A stretch of DNA of 64,000 nucleotides. It comes from Candidatus Omnitrophota bacterium (GTDB lineage: Bacteria; Omnitrophota; Gorgyraeia; 2-01-FULL-45-10). A program made the position numbers and the translations under genes. The notes below the pieces were generated by a model. The model was given only the letters and a program-made list of their open reading frames with translations. It had not been told where the DNA came from and did not search any database. The stretch spans positions 128,998 to 192,997 of the forward strand of contig JAUYOL010000043.1 in NCBI GenBank assembly GCA_030695905.1. The letters are read 5' to 3'. Each line of letters begins with the position of its first letter. The stretch's first letter is position 1. Positions 47,271 through 57,460 of this stretch are shown here, piece after piece.

Positions 47271-49069
47271 GGGAACCTCCCTAAATCAGTGTGCGGAAAA
47301 AATAATGACGCCACATATTCATCCATATAGTTATTCTCCGCGCTCAAATCTATATATGTGATGTTCTTATATATATCGTCCGTCTTCTTAAAAGCGTCCG
47401 CAGACAATAGCGACATTCTCGCGCCGGCAAGCGATGAATTCCCTATAAATTCATACCTCGACCTCTGGGCGTCGGGCAGAAGACCTATAAAGATAGAGTT
47501 TTCTATATTCAGATAATTACCGAAGCCGCCGGCAATATATATCTTTTTTATGTCCTCTAATTTTTTATCGACCTTATTAAGCAGCGATATTATAGCGCTG
47601 TATATCGCGCCTTTCGAGCGCTTAAGATTTTCTATGTCATCGTCGCTAATGATAACTTTATCCGCGACGATAAATTCATAACCTGTATCTGTCTTCCTGA
47701 TCCTTTTGGATTTCAACTCACGGTTTATTTTTCCATTTTTTCCAATAACACCTCTTTTTAACATCTGGCACAATAGGTCTATATAGCCGGAGCCGCATAT
47801 CCCCTTCGGCTTTTCATCCGCTATTGTTAAAACTTTTACATTAAGGTCTTTATCTATCTCTACTTTCTGAATCGCGCCTTTTACCGCCTTCATGCCGCTC
47901 GTCAGCCCGCTTCCTTCAAAAGCAGGACCAGCGCTCGCCGCGGCACTTATCATCCATTCGGAATTACCAAGTACAATTTCGCCGTTAGTGCCTATATCTA
48001 CGAGCAATGATATCTCGCCGCTTTCCGACAGCCCGCATGCCAGCACACCCGAGACGATATCGCCTCCCACATATGTGGTTACGCCTGGTATAAAAGATAC
48101 TATGCCTTTAGGATTTGCATCTATCCCCACTTCGGGAGAGTGTACCGTCTCAAACACAGTTGTCGTAGGTATATAAGGCGCCTTCCTTATATTTGTCGGG
48201 TCAACTTTTAGCAAAAGATGCATCATCGTCATGTTGCCCGCGCATACTATAGCGTATATATCAGCCATGTTGACATTGTGCGCCTTCGTAAGGTCTTCTA
48301 TTATTTCATTGACATTATCAAGCACCGCCTCATTAAGCACCTTTAGGCCTTCCGGATTTGAGGCGTAAATTATCCTCGTAATAATATCGGCTCCGTAGCT
48401 CGCTTGCTTATTAAACGCTATTCTTGTGCCTAAAATATTTCCTGTATTAAGGTCTATCAGCTGGCCGACAACGGTAGTCGTTCCTATGTCAAACGCAAAC
48501 CCGAAATTTACCTTCTTCGTATCGCCGGGCTCTATCGAGATTATGTCTATAGCATCGTCTTTATGTCCGATACAGGCGGTAACCTTAAAATCGCTGTCCC
48601 GCAGGACTTCGCTCAAATGTTTTAGATTTGCGAGGTTCGTCGATATGTGGACATTGTGAAACTTGTGCTCTATGTCCCTACATACTCTGTCAAGATCGCT
48701 TAAATTGTCGTCCTGTGTAGGCGCGGAAAGTTCCAGATACTCTTTTTTGACAAGCGGTGAAAAGGCAAACGCCTTTTCTCTTTCAAGCACTACGCCTTTC
48801 GTGAATTCTTCCGATTCGTGCTTGAACTTAGCGTGGACTTCGAGCGACTCTTTAGGTATCTTTACTTCGAGGTCGCTTTCCACTATAGTCTGGCAGGCAA
48901 GGACCTCTTTTTTGCCTGTTACAACCTTACACTTGCCGCAGAGGCCTTCTCCGCCGCAGGATGCATGCATCGCTATGCCGGCTTTTATGGCGGCGGTAAG
49001 CAGATCCGTACCTTGCGGAACTTTTATCGTTTTCTTCAGCGATGTAAAATTTACTGTGAACTCTTTCAT
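47255..49069 (-). CDS. acsV: Reductive activator of corrinoid proteins (RACo/AcsV, 2Fe-2S + ASKHA)
   Basis: CGGEGLCGKC...LACQ, DIGTTTV, YVGGD, DIGTNGE, AGPAFEG, GICGSG, FPHTD. Confidence 0.93.
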   Translation of the reverse strand: MKEFTVNFTSLKKTIKVPQGTDLLTAAIKAGIAMHASCGGEGLCGKCKVVTGKKEVLACQTIVESDLEVKIPKESLEVHAKFKHESEEFTKGVVLEREKAFAFSPLVKKEYLELSAPTQDDNLSDLDRVCRDIEHKFHNVHISTNLANLKHLSEVLRDSDFKVTACIGHKDDAIDIISIEPGDTKKVNFGFAFDIGTTTVVGQLIDLNTGNILGTRIAFNKQASYGADIITRIIYASNPEGLKVLNEAVLDNVNEIIEDLTKAHNVNMADIYAIVCAGNMTMMHLLLKVDPTNIRKAPYIPTTTVFETVHSPEVGIDANPKGIVSFIPGVTTYVGGDIVSGVLACGLSESGEISLLVDIGTNGEIVLGNSEWMISAAASAGPAFEGSGLTSGMKAVKGAIQKVEIDKDLNVKVLTIADEKPKGICGSGYIDLLCQMLKRGVIGKNGKINRELKSKRIRKTDTGYEFIVADKVIISDDDIENLKRSKGAIYSAIISLLNKVDKKLEDIKKIYIAGGFGNYLNIENSIFIGLLPDAQRSRYEFIGNSSLAGARMSLLSADAFKKTDDIYKNITYIDLSAENNYMDEYVASLFFPHTDLGRFPSVQL

Positions 49070-50404
49070 CTATTTTAGGTTTCTCAAATAATTCGGTAAC
49101 CCGGATGCCTCACGCGGCCCCACCGATATCTTCCAGCCGGTTACCTCTTCTAATTTTCCGCTCATAACCGAAACATACCCCGGAATGATAAGGCGCTTAT
49201 GAGAGACTATCTTTTCAACTCCGGCCTTCTTCATCGTTTCATCTATTTTTTCCGGAGTAAATTTTTCGGCGGCCCACGCGGTAAGTACAGACATACCCTC
49301 CGAATCGCAGCAAAGTATATATGAAGGGACCTTGCTCGACTCAACTTCGCCCGCGACAGTAAAGTACGTTATGGAGAAATTGGTGGTTATAAGGACAGGT
49401 GAAGAAGGGCTGACTTTACCTATCTCGTAAATTTTGGGCTCTACCTGCACCGGTTTCTGCGGATCAGAGTAAATATCCTGGCGCGCGACCAAAAGCGGCA
49501 GAACAAACTCTTTATCCGTATTTTTTATTATCACAAGTCCGGCGTATTTAGCTACATATGAAATCGCCTCGGCCAATTCCGCATGGGGCTTGGCTTCAGA
49601 GGTAAGTGCCATCAAAGGATACCCAAGCGGCCTGAAATTTTTCTTTAATGCCGCTCTTCTTATAAATGTAAAGTTCTGTATCAGGCCGCCTTGAGCTTTG
49701 CCCTTTAGGCTTATCACAATCTCTTCGACTCCGCCCTGCTTTACCTTATCCGCGATGCTCGCCGCTTCATCAATATCTTTGCATGTAATGGCAAGCGGCG
49801 TCTTGTATTCTTTAGCTAAAGCTATGAAGGCATCTATATTGCCGGAGCCGTCCCAGATTATAAGAGGCCTCCTATCCTTACATATCTTCAACGCTTCCGC
49901 CATGGCATCGGCGCTGCCGCTATAAAGCGCTATATTTAATCCTGTCGAACCCGCTACTTTACTGACAAGTCCAATAAACGCGTCTTTACTGCCGGATGTA
50001 TTCTTCAGGCAAACAAGACTTACGGATATATTCTGTCCGGCACGCTCAAATGACAAAGCGTTTATAGCAGAAACTTTCTTAGAAATCTCTTCGTCATTTA
50101 ACGAATCTTCTATGAGTATACCGATGCCTGTGGGATGGAAAAATTTCTGCTCATGCCTATACATAACGGTCTCATTGCCCATCTCCAGCTTCTTATCGCC
50201 GGTGCCTACCGTGACGAGCTTTATAGGCGGCTGGCTGGCGCTCTCTAACGCTGACTTCGCCTGCGCGGTAACATGGGGGCACTTATCGAGCGACACCTTC
50301 TTCTGGGCAAGCGCCATCGCAAAGGCAAGACACGTAGCGAAACCGCATTCCTTGCAGTTTGTCTTCGGGAGTAACTTATAAATATCTAATCCTGTTAACG
50401 CCAT
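49070..50404 (-). CDS. acsC: Corrinoid iron-sulfur protein large subunit
   Basis: LPKTNCKECGFATCLAFA, IYSDPQKP, TTNFSITY, SVLTAWAA, GPREAS. Confidence 0.96.
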   Translation of the reverse strand: MALTGLDIYKLLPKTNCKECGFATCLAFAMALAQKKVSLDKCPHVTAQAKSALESASQPPIKLVTVGTGDKKLEMGNETVMYRHEQKFFHPTGIGILIEDSLNDEEISKKVSAINALSFERAGQNISVSLVCLKNTSGSKDAFIGLVSKVAGSTGLNIALYSGSADAMAEALKICKDRRPLIIWDGSGNIDAFIALAKEYKTPLAITCKDIDEAASIADKVKQGGVEEIVISLKGKAQGGLIQNFTFIRRAALKKNFRPLGYPLMALTSEAKPHAELAEAISYVAKYAGLVIIKNTDKEFVLPLLVARQDIYSDPQKPVQVEPKIYEIGKVSPSSPVLITTNFSITYFTVAGEVESSKVPSYILCCDSEGMSVLTAWAAEKFTPEKIDETMKKAGVEKIVSHKRLIIPGYVSVMSGKLEEVTGWKISVGPREASGLPNYLRNLK

Positions 50405-50417
50405 TTTAATCCCTTTC

Positions 50418-51614
50418 TTACATTCTTAATATGAATTTTTCCCAGCTGCCTATTAAATTACCTGTTATAGTATCGTAAAATACCGTATTCCTGACATAAA
50501 AGCTGTAGAAGATGTAGAAATCCAAACACACTATCAATAAAATCGGGGCGCTGACTATTAATGCCCTTTTAGCTTTTGATTTTGACGCCAAGCCATATAC
50601 CGTGATGGCCGTAAATACCCTTATCGGAAAATCGAGCGCTATCACATACCGCGCATTCTTTATGTATAAGCTGTTCGCGAGATAATATACTATGAAAAAT
50701 AGCACCAGATATGAGCATGGCTCCGTCCAGAGGTTCTTATCTCTAAAATACCAGATAAAGAATGCCGCCGCGGCGATAACTGTAAGCGGCGATATGAGAA
50801 AAAAATCCAGCCCGTAGCGCGTTATTGGACCCGTTAAATACATTCTGGCCCATTTGTTGGTCAATGGCGACGTTATTATGATTTCAATAAGCCTTGCCAG
50901 ATTGGCTAAACTTCCCGTAACGATAAGCCATGACATAACAACAGCCGCTAAGGATAAAATAAGATATACCAATAATGAAAATCTTCTCTTCCAGAAAATA
51001 ACAATGAGAAAGAACGGCACGATCAGCAGATTCGACTCTTTTACCATAATTGCCGAGAATAGCGACAACGCAAACGCTATCCTTAACGCTATATTATCTT
51101 TCTTAAGCGCTTCGTAAAAGATCCATAACGTCAATATGATGAAGAAATACAGCATGCTTTCAGGCTGCGCCCTTCTTGAAAAAGCAAGATTCATAGGAGA
51201 GAAAGCAAGCAATGAAAGACTGATCAGCGCTATCTTTTCATCAAAGAGCCTTTTTGTAAAAAAATATCCGACAAAAAGCGACATAATACTGAAAAACGCC
51301 GACATATAAGAAAGAGCCTGGTAATTAAACTGCGCTATAAGCCGCATCCAATAACTGGCGATAACAATATAACCTGCCCGTAATGGGCTTGGGAATATAT
51401 GAAAAAAATCGCCGTTAATATAATCTACCACCAGCGCCTGTATAGACGCATCCTTAGCTACCGCCATATAGGACGCGTATTTCAGGTAAAACTTTTCGTC
51501 CGGCACAGAGCCTGAATAGTCTATGTCTTTCAGAAACGCTATTCTTAAAAATATCCCTACCGCAAAAACAAGGATTACAAGCAGGATAAAATATTTTCTC
51601 GACCCTTGTTCCAT
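50418..51614 (-). CDS. GT-C fold membrane glycosyltransferase (ArnT/PMT-like)
   Basis: FLRI after TM1, PDE acidic motif in first loop, many TM helices, VKE and ARY motifs. Confidence 0.75.
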   Translation of the reverse strand: MEQGSRKYFILLVILVFAVGIFLRIAFLKDIDYSGSVPDEKFYLKYASYMAVAKDASIQALVVDYINGDFFHIFPSPLRAGYIVIASYWMRLIAQFNYQALSYMSAFFSIMSLFVGYFFTKRLFDEKIALISLSLLAFSPMNLAFSRRAQPESMLYFFIILTLWIFYEALKKDNIALRIAFALSLFSAIMVKESNLLIVPFFLIVIFWKRRFSLLVYLILSLAAVVMSWLIVTGSLANLARLIEIIITSPLTNKWARMYLTGPITRYGLDFFLISPLTVIAAAAFFIWYFRDKNLWTEPCSYLVLFFIVYYLANSLYIKNARYVIALDFPIRVFTAITVYGLASKSKAKRALIVSAPILLIVCLDFYIFYSFYVRNTVFYDTITGNLIGSWEKFILRM

Positions 51615-51627
51615 GAGCCTTGTCCTT

Positions 51628-53805
51628 TTACATCATTGAAGGCATTGTAAGAGCAGGGTGCCCGACTTTTTCCATGAACTGTACAAGATTTACCACATCG
51701 GTCGCCACGGTCTCATCGGCGATCTTGTTTAAAAAGTCGGGGTCGCCTATCTCTTCGCAACGTTTCTTTAATTTATCGCCTAATGCTTCCTTTAATTCCT
51801 TAGGCATCCATACGATACGCTTTAACCCGCCTTCGGCTAAAATAAATTTTTTACTGGTTATATACAAACGTCCTACCCCTAAAAATCCGGGCGTTTGATT
51901 TCCCCCGCCTACGGAGCTTGCCAGCGTAGTAAACTTCATCCCTGCCGGTGTTTCGCCGGCGTATTCTCTATTCACAATCATTACACCGTTAGCTTCCGGC
52001 ACTATTGCCACTATGCACTCAAAGCATCCGCATGATGTCATTGGTGATTCCATGATCGAATATGTGGACATCTGGCTTACATGCTGGTGGGACGCATTGT
52101 GAACAAAAGTGTTTATTCCTTCCCAGATACCTTTTACAGCATCAATAGCGTTACCCTTCTTTATAGGCTGATTACCACCCGTCGGCGTGATTTCGTGCGC
52201 TGCCTTGGCATCGAGCCATGAGTAGGCGCCGCAAAGTCCGAGCCTCTCAGGGCTCACGACGCAGATATGATCAGGCGCAAAGCTTTGACAAAGCGCGCAG
52301 CTATAGAAGGTATCTACTGATTCATCAGTCATGCCCGCAAGACGCGCGTCGCGCGCTTCATAGGTTTTGCGAGCTTCAGGCAAAATATTATTTACCCCTT
52401 TTTCATCCGTAATAAGTTTAACCTGAACTTTGTCTATAATCGCTCCATATTCGTCATGGAATTTTGTAATCAGCAGATCGCCGAAATGGCGGATCTTAAA
52501 TCCTGCATTCTTGGCGTCCTTGGAGATCCTTACCCAGTTCATGTCACGCTGGCCCATATGAAATATGCCCATCGCGTAATTCAGGAACTTATGTATTTGA
52601 CGCTCCAGTATGGGTTCAAAATCCTGTATCATCTTACGTCCGGCTACTTCTATCAGTATACCGAGGGGCGCAGACGATCCCTCCGCCATTTTATCGATCT
52701 CAGGCCCTATAACCTCTATGCGGCCATTCTCTATCTCTTCAGGCTTTCCCATCTTCAAATACTCAAAGGCCGGCGAGTATTTACCGCCGAACTGAACGAA
52801 CATATTCTCTTTTCTGACGCGCTCGCCCTCAAAGGCCGCTGAACACGGGACAGGTATCGGCACTTTTGTAACTTTTATCTTGATCCCCCTTACCTCGATG
52901 CAGCGCTGCACTATTTTCTTGTGATCCAGTTCTTTCACCAAAGCCTCATACGTCGTAATACCGGATGGTTTTATCTCAGGTATATCTGTATCAGCTATGA
53001 TCGGAAAGCCCATGTTTATAGCGCCGGCGCCCGTAGCATATTTTATGTCGTCAAGCTCACCAAGAACGAGGCCGAACGCGAATACTCTCTCTTTCGTGTA
53101 CATGAGGCATTTCGACGCGTCTCCGGACTTAATTCCACCAAATGTCAACGCCGCCCTTATCGCCCAGTTGAGGGCGTAGATACCGGATATGGTATCTCTG
53201 CCGTAAGGAACGATATAATTTTCCCAGCCCATCTGTATCTTCTCTTCTATCAGTTGGTCTATGATGGAACGCCCCTTGACCGATGAGCCGACAAATATCA
53301 ATATGCTTCTTTCCTGGAGCTGCCGGATTATATCGACGGCTGTTTTATTGTCCGGCGCCGCGCCCAGAACCGCCGCGAAACCGGCCATTCGGCCGTCGAC
53401 CAATTGTATCCCAAGCGTGCGCAGGATCGTATCCGAAAAGAAGCCATTACAATCTTTTTGAGGCTCCTTGTTATATAAATAGCGTAATGCGACGATAATC
53501 TCTTCATTAAACAACGTTGCCATGCCGGCATTAAGCGCATCACCCAAATAAGGCAGCCACACTTTCTCCGAAGGCATTTCAGGAAGAAGAGACTTGGCGT
53601 GTTCGAGTATCGGCACCATATCCTTCAACGTCTCAACCTTCGCGCCTAAAAGGGCATTCGCCATAGGCAGATAAAATGCTGTATCCGGGAAATTGACCTT
53701 CTCGGATGTCCCCTTCTCCTTTATCGCTTTATCTAAAAATTCGGACGCCTGTTTATATATCTCACGAGCACCGCGAATTACAGATTCTGCAACAACTTTA
53801 GACAT
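51628..53805 (-). CDS. acsB: Acetyl-CoA synthase subunit
   Basis: FPDTAFYLP, LVDG, FEGERVR, CALCQSFAPDHIC, RLGLCGA, TSCGCFEC A-cluster ligands. Confidence 0.97.
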   Translation of the reverse strand: MSKVVAESVIRGAREIYKQASEFLDKAIKEKGTSEKVNFPDTAFYLPMANALLGAKVETLKDMVPILEHAKSLLPEMPSEKVWLPYLGDALNAGMATLFNEEIIVALRYLYNKEPQKDCNGFFSDTILRTLGIQLVDGRMAGFAAVLGAAPDNKTAVDIIRQLQERSILIFVGSSVKGRSIIDQLIEEKIQMGWENYIVPYGRDTISGIYALNWAIRAALTFGGIKSGDASKCLMYTKERVFAFGLVLGELDDIKYATGAGAINMGFPIIADTDIPEIKPSGITTYEALVKELDHKKIVQRCIEVRGIKIKVTKVPIPVPCSAAFEGERVRKENMFVQFGGKYSPAFEYLKMGKPEEIENGRIEVIGPEIDKMAEGSSAPLGILIEVAGRKMIQDFEPILERQIHKFLNYAMGIFHMGQRDMNWVRISKDAKNAGFKIRHFGDLLITKFHDEYGAIIDKVQVKLITDEKGVNNILPEARKTYEARDARLAGMTDESVDTFYSCALCQSFAPDHICVVSPERLGLCGAYSWLDAKAAHEITPTGGNQPIKKGNAIDAVKGIWEGINTFVHNASHQHVSQMSTYSIMESPMTSCGCFECIVAIVPEANGVMIVNREYAGETPAGMKFTTLASSVGGGNQTPGFLGVGRLYITSKKFILAEGGLKRIVWMPKELKEALGDKLKKRCEEIGDPDFLNKIADETVATDVVNLVQFMEKVGHPALTMPSMM

Positions 53806-55066
53806 ACATATTCTCCTTATCTTTACCTTTAATATGTTCTATAATATCAGGATAGCCGAAGCTCTCCTCTGTCAGTCTATCCCTGAACGGTACAATGTCT
53901 ATCCCGTCTTTTATTAATCTTAAAAATATACCGCCATTAGCCACCTTTCCAGCCAGTACTACCCCAACCAGGCGGTTATTTTTAATAACAAATTTTTTAT
54001 ACGTCCCGGCTTTTGCATTCTTTAATTTTATCTCTTCGAACCCCTGTCCATCCTTTACCTTAAATATTCCAAAAGACATCGTCGGCAACCCGAAAAACTC
54101 CAGAGAATTCATCCCAAGCGAACCTTCATATTTAACCTTTTCTCCCGCCATATTCGCGCCTGCAACTCTTCCCTGCCATACGGCAATAGGCCAGAGCGCG
54201 TTCACACACCCCGCCTTCAGAGTAATATCATAAGCCTCGCATACATCTCCAGCCGCATAGATATTGGGAACTGCTGTGCGCAACGTGTTATCTGCTATTA
54301 TACCTTCGTTCACTTTAATGTCTGTTCCGCTTACCATATCAATATTAGGCGCAACTCCTTTACTGACTATCAGTATTGAAGCCTCTATTGTCTTGCCGGA
54401 ATCTAACTTTAACGCCTTAATATTGTCTTCACCAACTACCTCAGCCACATCGTGGCCGAAGATAAGTTCGACACCGTTTGATTCCAGCTTATTCTGGACA
54501 AGCTGGGCAGCCTCCCGGTCGAGCACCTGCGATAAAACCTGCCCGGATTTGACTATGACCTTTACTTTGAGGCCTCTCTTCTTCAAGGCATAAGCAGCCT
54601 TCAGCCCGACCAGGCCCCCGCCGGAAATACAGGCTGGCTTGCTCGCCGCGACAAGCGTATTAAGTTCTTTAGCATCCCGGATCGTCCTGAATCCATAAAC
54701 GCCTTTTTTGTCTATGCCTTTTATCTCCGGCATCTTGGGCGAAGAGCCTGTAGCAATAAGGAGGCTGTCGAATTCATGTTTCGTCTTGTCCTCAAAGTAG
54801 ACCGCGTTCTTCTTCGGTTCAACGCGCGTGATCTTTTTATTCAGGATTAGTTCAATATTATTCTCTTTATAAAAACTGTCTGCCCTGTATAATATTTCTT
54901 TCTCCTTAATGTCCCCGGCGAGATAGTACGAAATGAGACAGCGACAATAAGACGGGTAATCTTCATCCGAAATCATAGCTATCCGTGACTCTTTATCTTT
55001 CTTACGGATAGCTTCCGCCGCCGATATGCCCGCTGCTGAATTCCCTATAATAATATAGCGCTTCAT
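53798..55066 (-). CDS. FAD/NAD(P)-dependent oxidoreductase
   Basis: IIGNSAAG, YCRC, ATGS, GGGLVG, IYAAGD. Confidence 0.88.
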   Translation of the reverse strand: MKRYIIIGNSAAGISAAEAIRKKDKESRIAMISDEDYPSYCRCLISYYLAGDIKEKEILYRADSFYKENNIELILNKKITRVEPKKNAVYFEDKTKHEFDSLLIATGSSPKMPEIKGIDKKGVYGFRTIRDAKELNTLVAASKPACISGGGLVGLKAAYALKKRGLKVKVIVKSGQVLSQVLDREAAQLVQNKLESNGVELIFGHDVAEVVGEDNIKALKLDSGKTIEASILIVSKGVAPNIDMVSGTDIKVNEGIIADNTLRTAVPNIYAAGDVCEAYDITLKAGCVNALWPIAVWQGRVAGANMAGEKVKYEGSLGMNSLEFFGLPTMSFGIFKVKDGQGFEEIKLKNAKAGTYKKFVIKNNRLVGVVLAGKVANGGIFLRLIKDGIDIVPFRDRLTEESFGYPDIIEHIKGKDKENMYV

Positions 55067-55506
55067 TTAAACACCTCTTCCTGCCATATAACTGCGCCTG
55101 TAGGGCATGCTTTTACACAAGCCGGTTCGTCTTTATCGGCACATTTATCGCAGCGCACCGGCATCTTCTTTTTTAAATTGGGGCGGACAGCGCCGTATGG
55201 GCATACCATGACGCACATCCAGCAGCCGACACAGCGCTTCTCATCGTGCAGGACCATCCCCTTCGTCTTATCAAAGATAAGCGCTGAGGCCATGCAGGCG
55301 TCAACACATTTTGCGTCCTTGCAATGCCTGCATGAAACAGGATAATTTTTCCCGCGCGAACATAGCACTTTTTTTCGCGGCAGAGAGGGCATCTCTTCTT
55401 TTATTGCCTTAAAGAGATCCCCGCTCGCTGAATGAGCCACCGCGCAGGCAATCTCGCAGGACTTGCACCCTAAACATTTTTTTACTCCATAATATAACGT
55501 CTTCAC
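55063..55506 (-). CDS. cooF: CooF-like 4x[4Fe-4S] electron-transfer protein
   Basis: CLGCKSCEIAC, CRHCKDAKC, CVGCWMCVMVCP, CDKC...CVKACP. Confidence 0.85.
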   Translation of the reverse strand: MKTLYYGVKKCLGCKSCEIACAVAHSASGDLFKAIKEEMPSLPRKKVLCSRGKNYPVSCRHCKDAKCVDACMASALIFDKTKGMVLHDEKRCVGCWMCVMVCPYGAVRPNLKKKMPVRCDKCADKDEPACVKACPTGAVIWQEEVFK

Positions 55507-57446
55507 TTTTGGTACATCCAGGGTTTAAGATTAAGCGCTTTACGCTTCTTGTCTATGTGAGCTATCATCAGGTCGGCCATCTTTATTGGGTCATCGCAGA
55601 ACTCAAACCTTCCTCCGACGGCACTCTCAATACCCTTCGTCAGATACTCCGTCAGATTAGCGCTTCCCAGAGTGGCAAAAGGAAGTGAGCCAAATACGGT
55701 GTATACTCCCGAGGCGACAAAATAAAAACCGATCGTTATCGCTTTCTCTGACATCCATTCGGGCGCGCAGCCTGCGGCCGGTATATCCGACAAATCCTGG
55801 CCCAGTCCGCCTTCCTCTATAATATGAGACGCGGCTGTCAGTATACGTGAATTATCGACACATGCGCCCATGTGCAGTACCGGCGGTATGCCGACCGCCT
55901 CGCATATCTCCTGCAATCCCTTGCCGGCATAAGTCTTGGCCGCTTCCGGCACCAGCAACCCCTGTTTCGCGCAGGCTATCGCGGCGCATCCGGTCTGAAG
56001 TACCAGCACATCGTTCTTTATTAATTCCTTCACAAGCGTCGTATGATAATAATCGTGAGTCTGCTTCGGGTTGTTGCATCCTACCACGCCGGCCAATCCC
56101 CTAAGGCGTCCGGATATGATAGCCTCATTCAAAGGCTTATATGTTGAACGATATTTGCCTCCCAATATCTGGAAAACTATCTCTTTCGTAAAACCTGCCA
56201 CCAGATCCATCTCGTGTTTTGGGATGTTGACCCTTCCCTTATTTCTATTGGAAAAATTTTCCACGCCTATCCTTACTATCTGCTTGGCCACATCATAAGC
56301 ATTGTCAGGGGTAAATTCTATATGTTGTACGCCGGGGAAACGGGCCTTCGTGCTTGTCGTAATGAGTTTCGTATGAAAACAACTCGCTACCTCATGGAGG
56401 GCCGGCATTATACATTGGACATCTACCATCATAACTTCCACCGCGCCGGTTATTATGGCCAACTCCTGCTGAAGAAAATTACCCGCGACCGGAATACCGT
56501 TACGCATCAGGACTTCGTTAGCGCTGCAGCAGATACCGGCAAGATTGATACCTTCGGCGCCTTTTACCTTAGCAAGCTTTACCAATTCAGGATCTTTGCA
56601 GGCCTTGACCGCCATATCCGACAGGACTGGTTCATGGCCATGCACTACGATGTTGACAAAACCTTCCCTCAGAACTCCGAGATTCACTTTTCCCCTTACA
56701 GGCATCGGACTGCCAAGAATGGCATCCTGAACTTCGGTCGCGATCATCGATCCGCCCCAACCGTCCGAAAGCGCACATCGCATACCGTTTTTTATCATAT
56801 TCTTATAATCGTTGTCCACGCCCATAGTTGTGGTATGTAAAAGCTCTACGACTTCCCTGTCTATACCGCGCGGTGTAATGCCAAGATCCTTCCATATCTT
56901 CTGCCGTTTTTTAGGGGCCCTTTTGCAAAATACCAGTTCGCCATCCTGTTTCCCGAACTCTTCGAGGAGTTTTTTGGAAAGTTCTCTGGTAATATCGGAT
57001 ATCGGCTTTGAGCTGTCGATGCCAAATTCTTCCGCAAGCTTCTTAAATTTATCGACGTCGAGTATTTCGTAATTGTGTGTATGAGAATCCTTGCCATGCC
57101 CATGCTCATGCATGCGAACGTCCGAGATAAGCGATAACATATGCGCGACATCCCTGCCGTGATCGGAATGAGCGGACGCGCCAACCGCTATTTTCCTGAC
57201 AAGGTTTCTCGCCGCTATGGTATCGGCGTTTGCGCCGCACACACCGGTGTTAGCGCCCTCTCCAAACGGATCTATGCGGCACGGTCCCATGTTACAGACT
57301 GTGCAGCATGCTCCGAGTTGACCAAAACCGCATTGAGGTTGCTGTTCTCCAAGCCTATCCCAAACAGTCTCGATGCTCTCACATCTTGCCTTTTCAAGCA
57401 TCTCCTGCGTAGCTAAATCTATGGATTTTTTCTTCACATCTGACAT
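55503..57446 (-). CDS. cooS: Anaerobic Ni-CO dehydrogenase catalytic subunit
   Basis: QCGFG, CCTVCNMGPC, HSDHGR, VHGHEP, GICC, DVQC, GCNN, TGC, GACVD, EWMSEKA. Confidence 0.97.
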   Translation of the reverse strand: MSDVKKKSIDLATQEMLEKARCESIETVWDRLGEQQPQCGFGQLGACCTVCNMGPCRIDPFGEGANTGVCGANADTIAARNLVRKIAVGASAHSDHGRDVAHMLSLISDVRMHEHGHGKDSHTHNYEILDVDKFKKLAEEFGIDSSKPISDITRELSKKLLEEFGKQDGELVFCKRAPKKRQKIWKDLGITPRGIDREVVELLHTTTMGVDNDYKNMIKNGMRCALSDGWGGSMIATEVQDAILGSPMPVRGKVNLGVLREGFVNIVVHGHEPVLSDMAVKACKDPELVKLAKVKGAEGINLAGICCSANEVLMRNGIPVAGNFLQQELAIITGAVEVMMVDVQCIMPALHEVASCFHTKLITTSTKARFPGVQHIEFTPDNAYDVAKQIVRIGVENFSNRNKGRVNIPKHEMDLVAGFTKEIVFQILGGKYRSTYKPLNEAIISGRLRGLAGVVGCNNPKQTHDYYHTTLVKELIKNDVLVLQTGCAAIACAKQGLLVPEAAKTYAGKGLQEICEAVGIPPVLHMGACVDNSRILTAASHIIEEGGLGQDLSDIPAAGCAPEWMSEKAITIGFYFVASGVYTVFGSLPFATLGSANLTEYLTKGIESAVGGRFEFCDDPIKMADLMIAHIDKKRKALNLKPWMYQK

Positions 57447-57460
57447 TTATTTTCTCTCCT

